DNA from: Octopus sinensis
Lineage: Eukaryota
Direction of reading: 5' to 3'
Assembly: GCF_006345805.1 (NCBI RefSeq)
Contig: NC_043005.1
Span: 51,522,001 to 51,586,000 of the forward strand
Length of the DNA: 64,000 nt
The translations under genes and the position numbers were made by a program. The notes beneath the pieces are model-generated. The model saw only the letters and a list, made by a program, of their open reading frames with translations, was not told the origin of the DNA and made no database searches. Below, piece by piece: positions 38,601 through 52,801 of this stretch (positions are counted from its first letter, which is position 1; every line of letters begins with the position of its first letter).

Positions 38601-39265
38601 GTGTAATAGATTCACAAAGATTCAATAAACCCTTTGAATTCAAAGAATCTATGATTTTATTCCTTTCAAATCAAGGGGGTAATGTTGGCGTAAATAAATA
38701 TGTCTTGGGGTAATGGGTTAAAAAAGTTCCCTGACCCCCTGATCTAGGTATATTGTTTATTATCATAAAGTGGGAAATTAAGATAAACCTACATTTGCTC
38801 TGTATATCGTAACTACTAACACTACTTAAGTACAGTGGTCAACTAAGTACTATACAAGAAGCTGACTGGATTATGGTAATCTGCGTCGAGCTTTCTTTCA
38901 TACTATAGTGAGTCGTGTTTCTAACTGTACACAGACGAGACGATATACTTTTGGTAAATTTTTATTTTATAATTTACTTGTTTCAGTCTATTAGACTGCG
39001 GTCATGCTGAGTTCCCACCTTGAAGAATTTTTTGTTGACTGAATCGACCAAGGTATCTTTTTATTGGTGTTTAGGGGTTAGGATTACGGTTATGCCAAAA
39101 ACAGGTGGTGTGCGTATTCTTTACCTATACTCTTTAATTTTTTTAAAGCTTGCTACTTATTCTCTTGATCTCTTTTGCCGAACTGCTAAGTTATGGGACA
39201 TAAAGACATCAATACTGGTTGTCAAGTGGTGGGGCAAACACACACACACACATATATATATACAC

Positions 39266-39301
<36 letters not shown>

Positions 39302-39303
<2 letters not shown>

Positions 39304-41285
39304 TAGCTGAAGGTGACCCGCTCTACGCGCGGGTAAGAGTGGACAGATGCAATGCTGCCAGAGGAAAATTTTCTGTCGTAACAAAGAACACGTTTTTATA
39401 TAATTTTACTTATGTCTAATGAGTCCTCATTGGCCCAAAGAATTTCATTTGTTACTTTCTGTTGCTTCCTTTCAGCACGTAAAAAGCACCATCCGAACGT
39501 GGCTGATTGCAGCGCTGCCTTGACTGGCTTCTGTGCTGGTGGCATGTAGAAAGCACCCATTACGCTCACAGAGTGGTTGGCGTCAGGAAGGGCATCCACC
39601 TGTAGAAACACTGCCAGATCAGACTGGAGCCTGGTGCAGCCTCCTGGCTTCCCAGACCCCGGTCAAACTGTCCAACCCGTGCTAGCATGGAAAACGGACG
39701 TTAAACGACGATGATGATGATTCTCCCTCCTTTCTCTCTCACTTTCCCACTCTGTTACTCTTCCTTTCTCTCAGACTCTCCCTCGCTTTCTCTTACTCTT
39801 TATCTTTATCTATCTCTCTCCCATTTACAAACAACAAAAGATCTTGAGTAAGTTGAGAAATAAAATATTTAGAAAGATCAATCATAAATATCAGGCAGTA
39901 ACAACGGAAAGGTCTGCTTCAAGGCAGACAGCAAAACACTAACATTTAAAAGGGACAGACGAACTTGCGAGCTGAATAAAAATAAAATATTGGAAACCAA
40001 AGTTTTAAGGGATAGAATTTGAGGATAGTAGAGTCACCATGGCTGGCATTTCTTAACGACGGACAGCAACGTATTGACAGTTTAACGGCTGGCGTAAAAT
40101 TTTGAACTTGATGTAAAAGAAAATCCCTAAACACCAAGTTTTGAATTGATTCTTTCTCACGACAGTAGACTCACCATGGCAAGCATTCAAAACTTCTTCA
40201 TCACACATTGACGATTAAAAGGCTGGCGCAAATTTTTTAGCTTGATGTAACAGAGAATTGCTAAACACCCGCTCCTTTAAATTTTAATCCCCATTTAGAC
40301 CCCTTTTCACATTTTGGTTAATATAACCCGATTTCATTCGGGTCTACTGGGGCCACATTTTATAAGATGAGGAATTTTGTCCTAGAGGTCACGCCTTTCA
40401 TTTGAGGAAAAAAATAGTTGTCATGCAAACTTGCCAGCACTTTTAACATAGGTGTGCATATTTTCAGCTCAACCGACCACATAATGCACACATTATATTT
40501 ATATATATGTGTGTGTGTGTGTTGGAGTCTCTCTCATATGTGAACATTGAAACTGAATTCGGCTGGTAAGCAGGTAACCTTGTCTTTGTTGAAATAGTTG
40601 TGAGCTGTTGGAGTTATTTCTCTGACGGGTAATAAGAATTTCCATATCCTCCGAGGAAACGAACTGTCGACCCAGACAATTAGAATTAATTTTAATAAAA
40701 GCATCAGTTTAAGAAAAAATAATAAAGTAGTAAAAAATGAAAATTTAGCACGAAAAATTTGCAGGGTTCTAAATAAATGTTAAAATGTAATAGATACGAA
40801 AAACCTACGTTATCACCAGAACACGAACGCTGGTTGGTGTGTTCTGTTTGTATTTGGTCGATCGGCGCGTTGACAGGTAGACAATAGAATGCGATGGCGA
40901 TGGAATATTTGTTTCTCTCTATGAATGCAGACAGATACATAAGTGAAAGTTATGGGAAGGTAAGAAATAGAGTGAGTGAAAATGTGCTGGGAAGAGAGGA
41001 AATAGCAAGAGTGAGTTGAGGAAAACAGATACATTAAATAACGGGAGTGAACTTGTCAAAGTTATAAATGAAGGGGAGTTAGAGGGGAATGGAGGAAATA
41101 GCGTGAGTGAGGAAGATGGCCCCTAGCAACCACACCTTTTAAGATAGGGATTTCTAAGGTAGCCCACGGGCATCGTCACCTCATTTTACATGTCCCTGTA
41201 AATTTTGGATCGAATCGGACGGGATGTAGTGGCATTGAAAGCGAGCCAAGCGGTAAAAACGCATTTCAGTTTTATATATAGAGAT
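39302..41285 (+). mobile_element. Putative non-autonomous Helitron/Helentron-like element with nested retroposon
   Basis: Starts after a (TA)n tract with ACTAG...GACCCGCTCTACGCGCGGG (5' hairpin) and ends CGCATTTCAGTTTTATATATAGAGAT before (TA)n. These resemble invertebrate Helitron-type non-autonomous ends as I recall them. No TSD. That the two ends belong to one element is an inference. Confidence 0.45.
39474..39720 (+). mobile_element. Retroposon family S3 with (GAT)n tail. Others: 33890-34138 (+), 41909-42026 (-), 43144-43345 (-), 48775-48950 (+), 49680-49800 (-), 57365-57513 (+), 59931-60369 (-), 62621-63116 (+)
   Basis: Shared AGGAAGGGCATCCAGCTGTAGAAAC ... CCAACCCATGCTAGCATGGAAAACGGACGTTAAACGATGATGAT 3' end, an RTE-like LINE tail pattern. 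Confidence 0.85.
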
Positions 41286-43842
41286 ATATATATATATATA
41301 CACACGACAGGCTTCTTTCAGTTTCCGTCTACCAAATCTACTCACAGTGCTTTGGTTAGCCCAAGGCTATAGTAGAAGACACTTGCCCAAGGCACCATAA
41401 AATGGAACTGAACCTAGAACCATGTGGTTGGGAAGCAAGCTTCTTGCCACACAGCTTCACCTGCACCTATTTATTTTCTTTTGTATATATTGTATGAATC
41501 GGATGTTCCAACTTCCTTGGACAAGGCATTGTATTTTACTTGAGCACCTTGTTAGTTCTTGGATTCTGTCCTGAGCTAAAAGCATACCCAGAAGGAGTTC
41601 CGAAATGTTTCTAGTAACAAAATTTATGACAGTTACATTTTTTATAACAAATACTATTTCCCTCTTTCTAAACATCTTTACATATGTTTGCCATTGTATA
41701 TCTTGTGCATTAGACATACAATTTTATGTCTGTATATGTTAAAGCAATGGATTATGTTGTGGCGGGGAGGAAAAGTTAATTTCTGTTGTAGTGTTTATCT
41801 GCTTTCTAGTGCAGATGCTGCTCATTTTTGCATTGATGTAGCCACTATGTTGTTTCAATCAATGTGTTGCTTTGTCTGGTATGGCACAAAGCCACCAGAT
41901 TTGGGGACATCATCATCATCGTTTAATGTCCGTTCTCCATGCTAGCATGGGTTGGACGGTCCGACCGGGGATCTGGGAAGCCAGAAGGCTGCACCAGGTT
42001 CCAGTCTGATCTGGCAGTGTTTCTACAGGGACAGGCTAGTGTATTATGTTGACTCCATCACTTCACTGGTATAAGACACTTTGTGAAAGAACTGACAAAA
42101 GAGGAGTACTGTTGCACAGTACAGGTAGTGGGAGTTGGTGCGCAAAGGTTTGTTGCAGCTTCTTTGTGCCTACTAATATTACTTGGTCAGTTTAGAGTCA
42201 AAAATTTGCAAAAGAACAGTGATGATGAACAGAGACAGCTGAGAGGAGCTCAGAATGGCTATGGGCAAAGAGAAATGACAGCTGGAGCTAAAAAGGGATA
42301 CTGCAAGCTGCTTAAACATAGCAAAAAGGAAACCCAGTTTGAAATAGATCCACAGTGCAAGTTCTTTGGTGGTTTTTGTGGCTGAGCAATAGTACACCAC
42401 AGTTCAGTGAAATAAGATCATCTGAAAGAGGTTCAAACTTCAATCTCCATTAAAGATTGCATTTCAAAAGCAGCAGTAGGACATCTAAGAGTCATGACTT
42501 AGGTGGGCATGGCTCCCTTATTATGTCAAGAACTAATGGGCCAAAAACACTTGATAGATGGAAGCACTTCTTCTGAAGGTTTCTGTTGCTGTTTGCTCAC
42601 ACACCATAGCAAGTTTCCACTTACTATTTTACTCATGATAGTTGAAAGGCAGAGTTGGCTCTGGCAGGATTTGATCTTAGAATGTAGAATGATGCAGCTA
42701 AATACCACAAGACATAATAATTCTGCCAGTGCATCACTTTTAGGTGGAATTAACTTTTCTTTCTTAACATTTCATGTTTCTAATTTCTTTGAAGAAGTGC
42801 TTCTGCCTGAAACCCCAGTTTACACTTTTCACAGCGCACAAATTTATCTGTATATGTTACTTTAATTCTAAGGGAGGAGGACAATGACAACAAAACAACA
42901 CAACCAGCTTAAAAAAGGTGCATCTTGAAGAATATTACAAGCTTGCAATGAAATATGTGCACTATATTATTGTATAGAAATTTGGTCAAAGGTGTACATT
43001 TTTTATTACTTGTGATACCTTTGAAAGTGAGTGGTAGATAAAAAGTACTGGAAATTTACAGAATTATGTCAGACTAACTTGCTGGGTATTTACATTTAAC
43101 AGGCTCATAACCCCTACATGATTGATAAAACTGCTTGAAATAACAGTTAAATCTCCCTCTAATCATCATCATTGTTTAATGTCCACTTTCCATGCCAGCA
43201 TGGGTTGGATGGTTTGACAGGAGCCTGTCGGGTTAAAGAGTACCCCAGGCTACTGTGTCTGTTTTGGAATGGCTTTTTTGGCTGGATGCCCTTCCTAACA
43301 CCAATCACTCATCAGAGTAGACTGAGTCCTTTTCACGTTGCACGAGCACCAACAGGGTCACCAAGTAACTTGCAAGACACAGAATTTTGAAAGGAGGGGA
43401 ACTTGTGCCAAATGATGAAAGGTTAGAGTGTAACAGACAGGCAGAAACAGGTGTCTTGCTATAGAGGAGGGGCTGTCATTGGAAGAGGTGACCTTGTGTC
43501 AAATGTTGAAAGGTTAGAGTGTGGCAGACAGGTAAAACAGGTGTCTTGCTATATAGGAGTGAGGGGGGTGGTGGCATTGGAAAAGGTGATCTTGTGTCAG
43601 ATGGTGAAAGGTTAGAGTGTGACAGTTATCCAAGAAAAAATAGAAAAAAGAATGAGAATATATTAGCTAATGTAGACCTACATAAACTATGTTTGAAGAA
43701 GGATTGGATGTTCTTTGATTAGGTTTGTTCAGTCAGCACTGACCTGGGATTAAACAGGATACCATATTCGCTAGTGTATAAGACATGCTTTTTTTTTGTT
43801 TTTGAATGTATCAAAAGTTGCCCTGTGTCTAAAGCAACTTTA

Positions 43843-44068
43843 TTAACCCTTTAGCATTCAGATTACTCTTATGTGTAATGCTTATTTATTCACATTTAAA
43901 AAATATAATCTTGCATTATCTCATAACTGAGATTTTGATGATGTGGTTATTTATTTTTTAGAAGGCCATTGTAGAGTAAGTGTAAGAGGCCAGGTGTAGC
44001 TGGTTTGAACATAAAACAGGTAGAATATTTGGGCCATGTATGGTCAGTTTAAATACTAAAGGATTAAG
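43843..44068. mobile_element. piggyBac-like MITE (TTAA|CCCTTTAGCATT...AATACTAAAGGA|TTAA); reversed copy at about 55983-56210, stub at about 48573-48620
   Basis: TTAA flanks with short CCCTTTAG TIRs. The interior is recognisably reverse-complementary to 55990-56205. Confidence 0.7.
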
Positions 44069-44884
44069 GATGGGAGACCAAGTGTCACAGGTGGAAGCAT
44101 GTGGCTTAGTGGTTAGGGTGTTGGACTCATGATCCTAAGAGTGTGGTTTTGATTCCTGGACTGAGTAATGCATGTTCTTGAGCAAAACACTTCCATTTCA
44201 TGTTGCTCCAGTCCACTCAGCTGGCAAAAATGAGTAATTTTGCAATTGTCTGGTGTTCTGTCCAAGTGGGGAATATATGCGCCATAGAAACTGGGAAATC
44301 AGCCCTTATGAGTTGGCATGATTTGAAAAGGAAGTTTAACCTTTTTTTTTCATCAAGTGTCATAGGCTATGGAACTAAATGAGCTTTAGTGTGCTAGAAT
44401 CAATAATTGTTACTAATTATAAAATATTGTAAACAAGCTAAATTATCACACACTGTCAGTACAGACTTATGATAATTGCTTATAGTACATTAGCACTTGT
44501 GTGGAGAGGTCATTATTTCATTATACCTCTTTCTCCAGGATGCATAGCTCACACCTGATCTGTGTTACATTACGTTTAAAAACATTTTTCAACTACCTAA
44601 ATAAAAAAAACTATCTTAGAATGATGAAAGCGATGTTAAAACTTCATCTGCCTGTCAGCTATTTACAATGAGTGGTTGACAATAGAACCCTTGTGGTGAT
44701 GGCCAGTCACTGTTAGATAAAATGTTACAGCCAAGAATACAAGTTTTAAATCTTGTATGACAATTCTGTTGACCAAAATTTGAACAACTGTGTGCTTGAT
44801 CTGAAAGAAGTTGAAATACAATAAATGTAGTTCATTTATAAATTTATGATTTCATACTTTCCAATGTACTATCACAATATAATA

Positions 44885-46127
44885 CAAGACTGGGCTGCAA
44901 AATTCATAGGCTGTCTATGGAGGAGTGATGCTAGGGCTGTGAAATCTTGTATGCATTAATTTCAGCTGTTCTTATTAATAACTGGATTGTTTCTTTCCAA
45001 GTAAACTGACATCAGACTGTTCAAAGAAGACATCAAAAGTAACTAGTAGTGACTTCTCTTGAAAATCGACAAAATTTGGCATTGTGCTGTTATCAAGTAC
45101 CAGCAGAAAAAGAGTTTATCCATCAACAACATTCATGATGACATGGTTGCTACATTGGGAGATGACACTCCAGCTTTATCAACATTGCAAAAGTGGGCAG
45201 CTGAATTTAGGAGGGAAAGGGAAAGTCTTGAAGATGACCCCAGATCTGGATGTCTTGCAACTGCCACCACTGAGGAAAACATTGATTATGATGAATGACA
45301 GGCGATTGACTATAAATCAAATAGCTAATGCTATTAGCTTATCCTGTGAGAGAGTTGAGAATATTCTGCTCAGTGAACTTAGAATGATAACGGTTTCTCA
45401 GTAGGTGCCATACCTTCTGATATCTGATTAAAAGTGCACCAGGCTGATCACATCATGGCAAAATCTGACATTGTTTGAGGCAGATCCAGCTGGTTTCCTT
45501 GAATGTTTCCTAAGCCAAGATGAGAGTCAACTTTACTTTGAGCCAGAGACAATCCATGCAGTGTAAACACTCTTTCCTCACCTGCTCCAAAGAAGGCCAA
45601 GGACATTTCATTTGCAGGGAAGGTGATGGCCTCAGTTTTTTGGGATGCAAAAGGCTTTGTGTTTATTGACTATCTTCAAAAGGGCTGCTCCATCAATGGA
45701 GAGTACTATGCCAACTTGCTGAGGCAGTTACAAAAGGCTATCAAAACCAAAAACCCAGGAAAACTGACGAATGGTCTTGTTTCATCAGGGCAGTGTTCCA
45801 GCATTGGTTTCAATGACTGCTATGCATGACTGTAACTTTGAAGTTGTTAATCACCCTCCCTGTTCTCCTGATTTGGCTCCATTTGTTCCTTGACATGAAA
45901 AAACACTTGACTGGGAACCAGTGTCTCAGTGATGATGAAATCATATCTGCTGTTGACTTTTTTGACCAGCAAGATGAAAACTTCTTCACCAATGGGATCC
46001 AAGCACTCCAACACTGATGGAAGAAGTGTGTGGACTACAAGGGGGGCTATGTTGAAAAATAAACCTCATTTGGTCACAATCTATGGGAGTATCTTGGTCA
46101 GCCTATGAGCTTTTCAATCAGCCTTCA
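44885..46127 (+). mobile_element. Decayed mariner-family DNA transposon (about 1.24 kb) in SDHA intron 1
   Basis: TA at both flanks and degenerate TIRs sharing TCATAGGCTG / CAGCCTATGA. Transposase fragments include an HTH region (KWAAEFRRERESLEDDPRSG), *VPYLL (WVPHxL), MASVFWDAKG and HPPCSPDLAP (YSPDLAP). Confidence 0.9.
45059..46060 (+). pseudogene. mariner transposase pseudogene
   Basis: Several frameshifts and stops. The second catalytic motif reads FHQGS instead of FHQDN, and the third Asp after SPDLAP appears deleted. Confidence 0.85.
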
Positions 46128-46670
46128 TATGTATGTATCTATTTCCATGTGTGTGCATGTGCTCATTGGTTTACATTTATATATCTTTGAGAATCACAAG
46201 CTACAGTTGGTGATGTTGTCATTTCTTTTGTCAACAAATTGTTTTTTGCTTTTCACCTTTGAGGATGTGTGAAATATCAAGGGGTGACCAACTGTATAAT
46301 TGACTATATGTTGGTCAAGGAAATTACCAAACAGGATGTGAAACTTGTATTTCTGGTTTGAGGTTTTGTGTCTCTGTGATTAACCATCAGGGCAGTACAC
46401 CACTACTATGGCTTTGTTATATCCACTTGCTATGAGTAGCTGACATGCAGATGAAAATTTAACATCCCTTGATGTTTCTCAACCAAGAGTTAGTGACGGG
46501 AAGGCTATTTGGCTGTAAAACAATGCTTCATTGCTGTTGCAAAATGTCCAATTATATTTTTCCATCTTAAGTTCTAATGTGTATATACTTAAAGGCTTTC
46601 AGTCCATAAACTTTTGCACCTTTCTATATTCTGTAGACCAAATCTGCAGATTTATCGCACCTTGCATAGA

Positions 46671-46727
<57 letters not shown>

Positions 46728-46737
46728 TACACGCGTA

Positions 46738-47967
46738 CAGGAGTTGGACAAAATAATGGGAACACCTTGCATCATAGCATCATAATTTTGAAATATCTAT
46801 AAAACTGTCAAAAGCTTGTTTATTTTTATGTTTTTTGATTTCTTATTAGTGTTGTTTAATATGTTTTGTTAAAATTGCTGTTTCTTTTCAGATAAAGGTA
46901 ATTAAAATTCACTAAAATGACAGATCTATCAGACTTTCAAAGAGGTTAAATTGTTGGTACTTGTATGGCAGGTGCTCGCATAATGAAAACAACCAAAATG
47001 TTTGGTGTATCAAGAAGTACTGTCTCGAAAGTAATGACGGCCTTTGAGAAAGAGGAAAAAACCTCTTCATTGAAACAAAACTCTGGAAGAAAACCAAAAC
47101 TTTCAGATAGGGACCGTTGGACTTTTATGCATATTGTTAGAAAGGATCACAAAAGTGCAGAGCTTAATGACCACCTCGAGAACCCATTTTCCACAAAAAC
47201 TGTTTGCCGGGAGCTGCACAAAGCCAGATTTCACAGGAGAGCTGCAATCAGAAAACCACTACTTTCAAAAACAAATGTTGCAAAGCATTTATAGTGGAGT
47301 AAAAACCTACAGAATTGGTCCCTAGAGCAGTAGAAGAATGTTATTTTCTTGGATGAGTCATCCTTTACCTTATTTCCAACCACCGGCTGAGTATATGTGT
47401 GGAGACAGCCAAAAGAAACATTTGATGCAGACTGCCTTCTTCCAACTGTTAAACATGGAGGAGGATCTGTGATGACCTGGAGGGCTATATCTTGGAAATC
47501 TGCTGGTCCAGTAGTTTCCCTTGATGGTAAAATTAATAGTCAAGACTATTTAAGCATTTTATCTGATCATATTCATCCTATGGTTGCAGAACTGTTTCCA
47601 GAGGGAAATGCAATCTTTCAGGATGATAATGCACCAATTCACACAGCTAAAGTTGTTATTGAATGGCACGAGAAACATTCTTAGTGAAGTTGAACATCTT
47701 ATATGGCCACCACAGTCCCCAGATCTCAATATTATTGAACATTTATGGTGTATTTTAGAAAAACAAGTAAGGAGTCCACCATCATCTCTTCAAGGACTGG
47801 AAACTGTTTTAGCTGAAGAATGGACAAAATTTCCTTTAGAAACAATTCAAACTTTGTAGAGTTCCTACCTCGTAAAATTCAAGCTGTAATTACTGCCAAA
47901 GGCAGTCCTACCCCATATTAAAATAAATCTGAAATTTTAAGGTGTTTCCATTATTTTGTCCACCCCC
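46738..47967 (+). mobile_element. Decayed Tc1-family DNA transposon (about 1.23 kb) in SDHA intron 1
   Basis: TA|CAGGAGTTGGACAAAATAATGGGAACACCTT ... AAGGTGTTTCCATTATTTTGTCCACCCCC|TA terminal inverted repeats. Confidence 0.92.
46917..47921 (+). pseudogene. Tc1 (DDE) transposase pseudogene
   Basis: MTDLSDFQRG*IVG, SGRKPKLSDRD, RKPLL, FLDESSF, PTVKHGGGSVM, FQDDNAPIH, WPPQSPDLNIIEHLW. In-frame stops and a frameshift near 47684. Confidence 0.92.
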
Positions 47968-50155
47968 TATATATATATATATATTTTGAAATCACCATAA
48001 AGCTTTTTATAAGAATATAAAAGTCAAAATTTTACTATTATTTTACAAACATATTCTGTGGGAAAACCCCCCCACAAATTGTCTGTTTCATTACTTGTTG
48101 AAAGATATTTTAAAGTGGTTTTGTAGTTGGAGACCAATTGTACAATTGCTTATATTTTGGTCAAGGGAATTACCATATGGGAAGTAAAACTTGTATTTCT
48201 GGTTTGAGGTTTTGTGTAATTGCGATTAACCACCAGGGCAGTACACCACTACTATGGTTTTGTTACATGCACTTGCTGTGAATAGCTGACCTGCAGATAC
48301 AAATTTAACAATCCTTGGTGTTTCTCAACCGTTTTCTTTACTTATGAACTCCTTTTATTCCTAATTCGCTTAGCTAAAGTCACTTAATCATTTGATGTTT
48401 TTAAAAATTCTTATATTTTTATAATTGTTATTAGTTATATGAAAAATTTAAATATTTTGTGTATTGAAGAAGTATAACTAATTTATTGTACATAAGTTTT
48501 TAACAACAATATTTTATATGGACCTCTAGGGGCCATATGAACCACAATTTTAGATAATTCTAAAAATGTTTCTTAACCCTTTTAGCATTCAGATTACTCG
48601 ATCGAATGTAATGCTTATTTATTACTTCCACCTTAGCAAAGGTGGAGGTATTGTTTTCAGTTGTGTTTGTTTGTTCGTGGACAAGATATTTCAAGAACTG
48701 CTGGATGGATTCAGATGAAACTTTTAGGGTTGTTTGACCTTGTGACTAGCACAAAGTGATTAGATTTTGTAAAGTGGCATGTAAAAATCACCCAGTATGC
48801 TTTAAGTGGTTGGCATTAGGAAGGGCATCCAGCTGTAGAAACCATGCCAAATCAGATTGGAACCTAGCCCAGCTCTCCAGCTTAGTAGTTTTCAGTCAAA
48901 CCATCCAACCCATGCTAGCATGGAAAACAGATGTTTAATGATGATGATGATAAATTACAAATCACATGTGGATTATGTATGCTGGAGTAGGAGGTGTAAT
49001 GCAATGATGTGACTTCCTTACATAAGTGCTGATGTACTTTAAGTAAATAAGTTTTTGCCAGTAGTCTGATAATTTGGCTTCTTTTCAATATTTTATTGTT
49101 GGTAATAGTTGTACCAAGCAGACTTATGCTCATCTAGCTTCCTTGTCTATGGTGCTCACTCTCCCATGGCTGCTTTGAATGCAGTGCAGCTTTTTCAGAT
49201 ACATTTAAAAATAATAATGCACATTTTATACATGGGTAAATATGGTAGTTTAAAATTTCAGTTCATTTAAAAACCTAGGAAGACCCCTGTGTTTATTCAA
49301 GGTGACATTCTTGTTTACCAGTTGTCACAAAGTTATGTCAGGTTGTAGTTTTGCCAGATTATGCGTCTATTTAGCAAATGTCAGAAAGCTGGTCCTAAAT
49401 ACTTTAAATGAAGTAATTGTTCATGTATATATCCTAAACTTCAAGCATTTAGTCATAAAAATGAAATAGTCCTTTGTGTATAGAGTTGAACGAAACAAAC
49501 TTGAGTTTTTCCTAATGAATGTGACAGCAGTTAAGACATGAAGATTATAGTACATGTTGCTCATGTGTTAGAAGTATTAAATATTGATAAAATTGGAAGA
49601 GTATTTGCTAGATTAAAGTGAACAAAAACAAAAAAAACAACTGTGGTTTTGAAGCAGAAAGCAGCTGAAGGGCTGCTCAGGCTCTCTGTCTGTTCTGACA
49701 TGGTTTCTATGGCTGGATGTTCTTCTTAATGCCAACTACTCTATGCGGTACCTGCAGGGGTGCTTTTATGCAGCACCAGCATGGGTGCTTTTTATGTGGC
49801 ACCAGCACCTACAGGCCTGCGATATTTGGGATGCAGGGACAAGCCTTTATGCAAAGACAACTATGCTTTTACTTAGCTTGGTGTGTCTTTTCAAGCACAG
49901 CAAATCATGTCATTTCCTCTGTGAGTCCCAATGTCTGTAGATCTTTTTTCACCACTTCGTTCCACGTCTTCCTGGGTCTACCCCTTACACATGTTCCCTC
50001 TACAATTAGAGATCAGCACCTCTTGATGCAACTGTCTCCATTCATACACATTACATGACCATACCAGTGCAGTCTTTCTTGCACACTGCATCTGATGCTA
50101 TGCAAATCACTTACACTTTGTTGAAGTTCATGTGGTTCAGTTGGTCTTTGTACTT

Positions 50156-50736
<581 letters not shown>

Positions 50737-51673
50737 ATATGTGTAATATATATTTAATGTTAAAGCTGTATTATGTTTATAGAAACTTAAATGTACGTTA
50801 TCATATTTTATGTACTTAATTATGTAATCTAGCTTGCTATGTTTACTCTTTGTGAGAAATTTAGTTCAGAATATCAAGGACTAAATAGGGACCGTTACAT
50901 TGAGTGTAGAAAAAAAAAATGAAGGTAAAATACATTAACTGATTTTTAGGTACGAAAAGGTGAAGGCTACTTTATATTCAAAGATTGCATTGTACTTGAG
51001 AGTGAATAGAAGTAGTTCAGATTTAGATAATGAATTTCCTTTTTTATCTATCATACAAGATAACCATATAAAACAGAAAAAAAAAATACTGTTGCATATT
51101 AGAGCAGTACAGCTGATTGGTTAAACTGATTGTTTACATACTTAGAAACATTGGTGAGGCAATTCATTAAAACATTTGCACTTGCTGCCTTTTTTTTTTT
51201 CTTTTCTTTTTATCATCATTGTGTCAGTGTATACTTTTCTATGATTTCATAGACCAGGTGAAATTCGTTTGTGCATTTTTTGACAGAAGGATAATCTTTA
51301 CTATTGCTCATCCTCACTTATCTCCAAACAAAATAATTTTTCACTAATTCTTCCAACACAAACAAATAAACGGCCAGATCGTGCGTGTTGTTTTTTTTAA
51401 TACTATATTGCAAAACAAATAACCATACTTCTATATAAAAAGTGATTTTGTATACAATCAATGTGCAGTGTTAAGACAAGATCTCCTTCCCTCCCTCCCT
51501 CTCTCTCTCTCACACTCACACAGATTCTTCTTTCAGTTTCCATCTTCCAAATTCACTTGTAGGGCTTTGATTGGCCAGGGGCTATAGTAGAAGGTACTTG
51601 TTCAAAGTGCCATGCTGTCGGACTGAACTGGAAACCGCATAGGTGGAAGGAACTTCTTAACCATACACGTGCC

Positions 51674-52083
51674 TACTCTTTACTCTTTTACTTGTTTCAG
51701 TCAGTTGACTACGGCCATGCTGGAACACCACCTTTAGTCGAGCAACTCGATCCGGGGACTTATTCTTTGTAAGCCCAGTACTTATTCTATCGGTCTCTTT
51801 TGCCGAACCGTTAAGTGACGGGGACATAAACACACCAGCATCGGTTGTCAAGCAATGCTTGGGAGACAAACACAGACACACAAACATACACACACGCACA
51901 TATATATTTATATATACACATGTACGACGGGCTTCTTTCAATTTCCGTCTACCAAATCCACTCACAAGGCTTTGGTCGACCCGAAGCTATAGAAGACAGT
52001 TGCCCAAGGTGCCACGCAGTGGGACTGAACCCGGAACCATGTGGTTGGTAAGCAAGCTACTTACCACACAGCCACTTCTGCCT
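51674..52083 (-). mobile_element. SINE S1 in SDHA intron 1 (antisense). Further S1 pieces: 41305-41465 (-), 51525-51673 (-), 54289-54437 (+), 63380-63610 (-)
   Basis: Shares subfamily variants (AAGCCCAGTAC, TAAGTGACGGGG, CAATGCT) with the 32-33 kb copies. Confidence 0.9.
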
Positions 52084-52705
52084 ACTATATTTTTTGTTAT
52101 TTCTTGTAGTAGAGGTAAATTGATAAGTTATGAGTTCAAATCCATTGCAAATTTTTCTTAAGGAGACATTTCTATTATGCATTTAGGTCGTGCTGCTAAC
52201 AGATTCCTTCACATGTACTCCACCATTTCAATTGTTTCATGATGTGTATTTTAGCTTTGCTACTTGGTAGATCTAAATTCTCATGAAGAATTTTATCCTT
52301 TTGAATATAACCATTTACTTTGCCAATAACTTTTAGTGCTATTTTAAATCATATCAATGAAGCTATATGCATTAAGAAACCTTTAATTCCAATGAAAATG
52401 TTCTCTTGTCCAGCATTTATTTTGTTTTTAAATTAAGAAGATATAGTTGATGGAATCTACTTCAATATTGTATTTTCTAAGTATTACTGGAAATGAACAT
52501 CTGCAATTTGTTTCTAATTGATCAGTCATCATCATTATAGTGATGTCCATTTCTTTTTTTTATTTATTTCTGACAATGTAATTGTTTTTCTCTATAATCA
52601 TGAAAGTTGTTTGCCAATAATGATTTTCTTTAATTTTTTGATTGTGACTTAATTTCTCTGAGTTTTGATTTTTATTCTATTGAGTCATCTATATTGTGAT
52701 TTCAG

Positions 52706-52801
52706 GTGAAACCAACTGTAGCTTCAGTATCTCAAACTCGTGATTTTCACTTCAGAATCCATGGCCGTAACACTGATGCTAAACACTCTGCATCAGCCCA
52801 A
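52706..52801 (+). CDS. SDHA: SDHA coding exon 2 (VKPTVASVSQTRDFHFRIHGRNTDAKHSASAQ)
   Basis: TTTCAG acceptor, 96 nt open, GTAAGT donor. The TRDFHF motif resembles the TRGFHF processing region of vertebrate SDHA. Confidence 0.88.

Noticed and set aside
40561-40580. GGTAAG/CAGGTAAC donors as SDHA exon 1
   Set aside because: No suitable in-frame ATG or transit peptide upstream; 35574-35630 fits far better.
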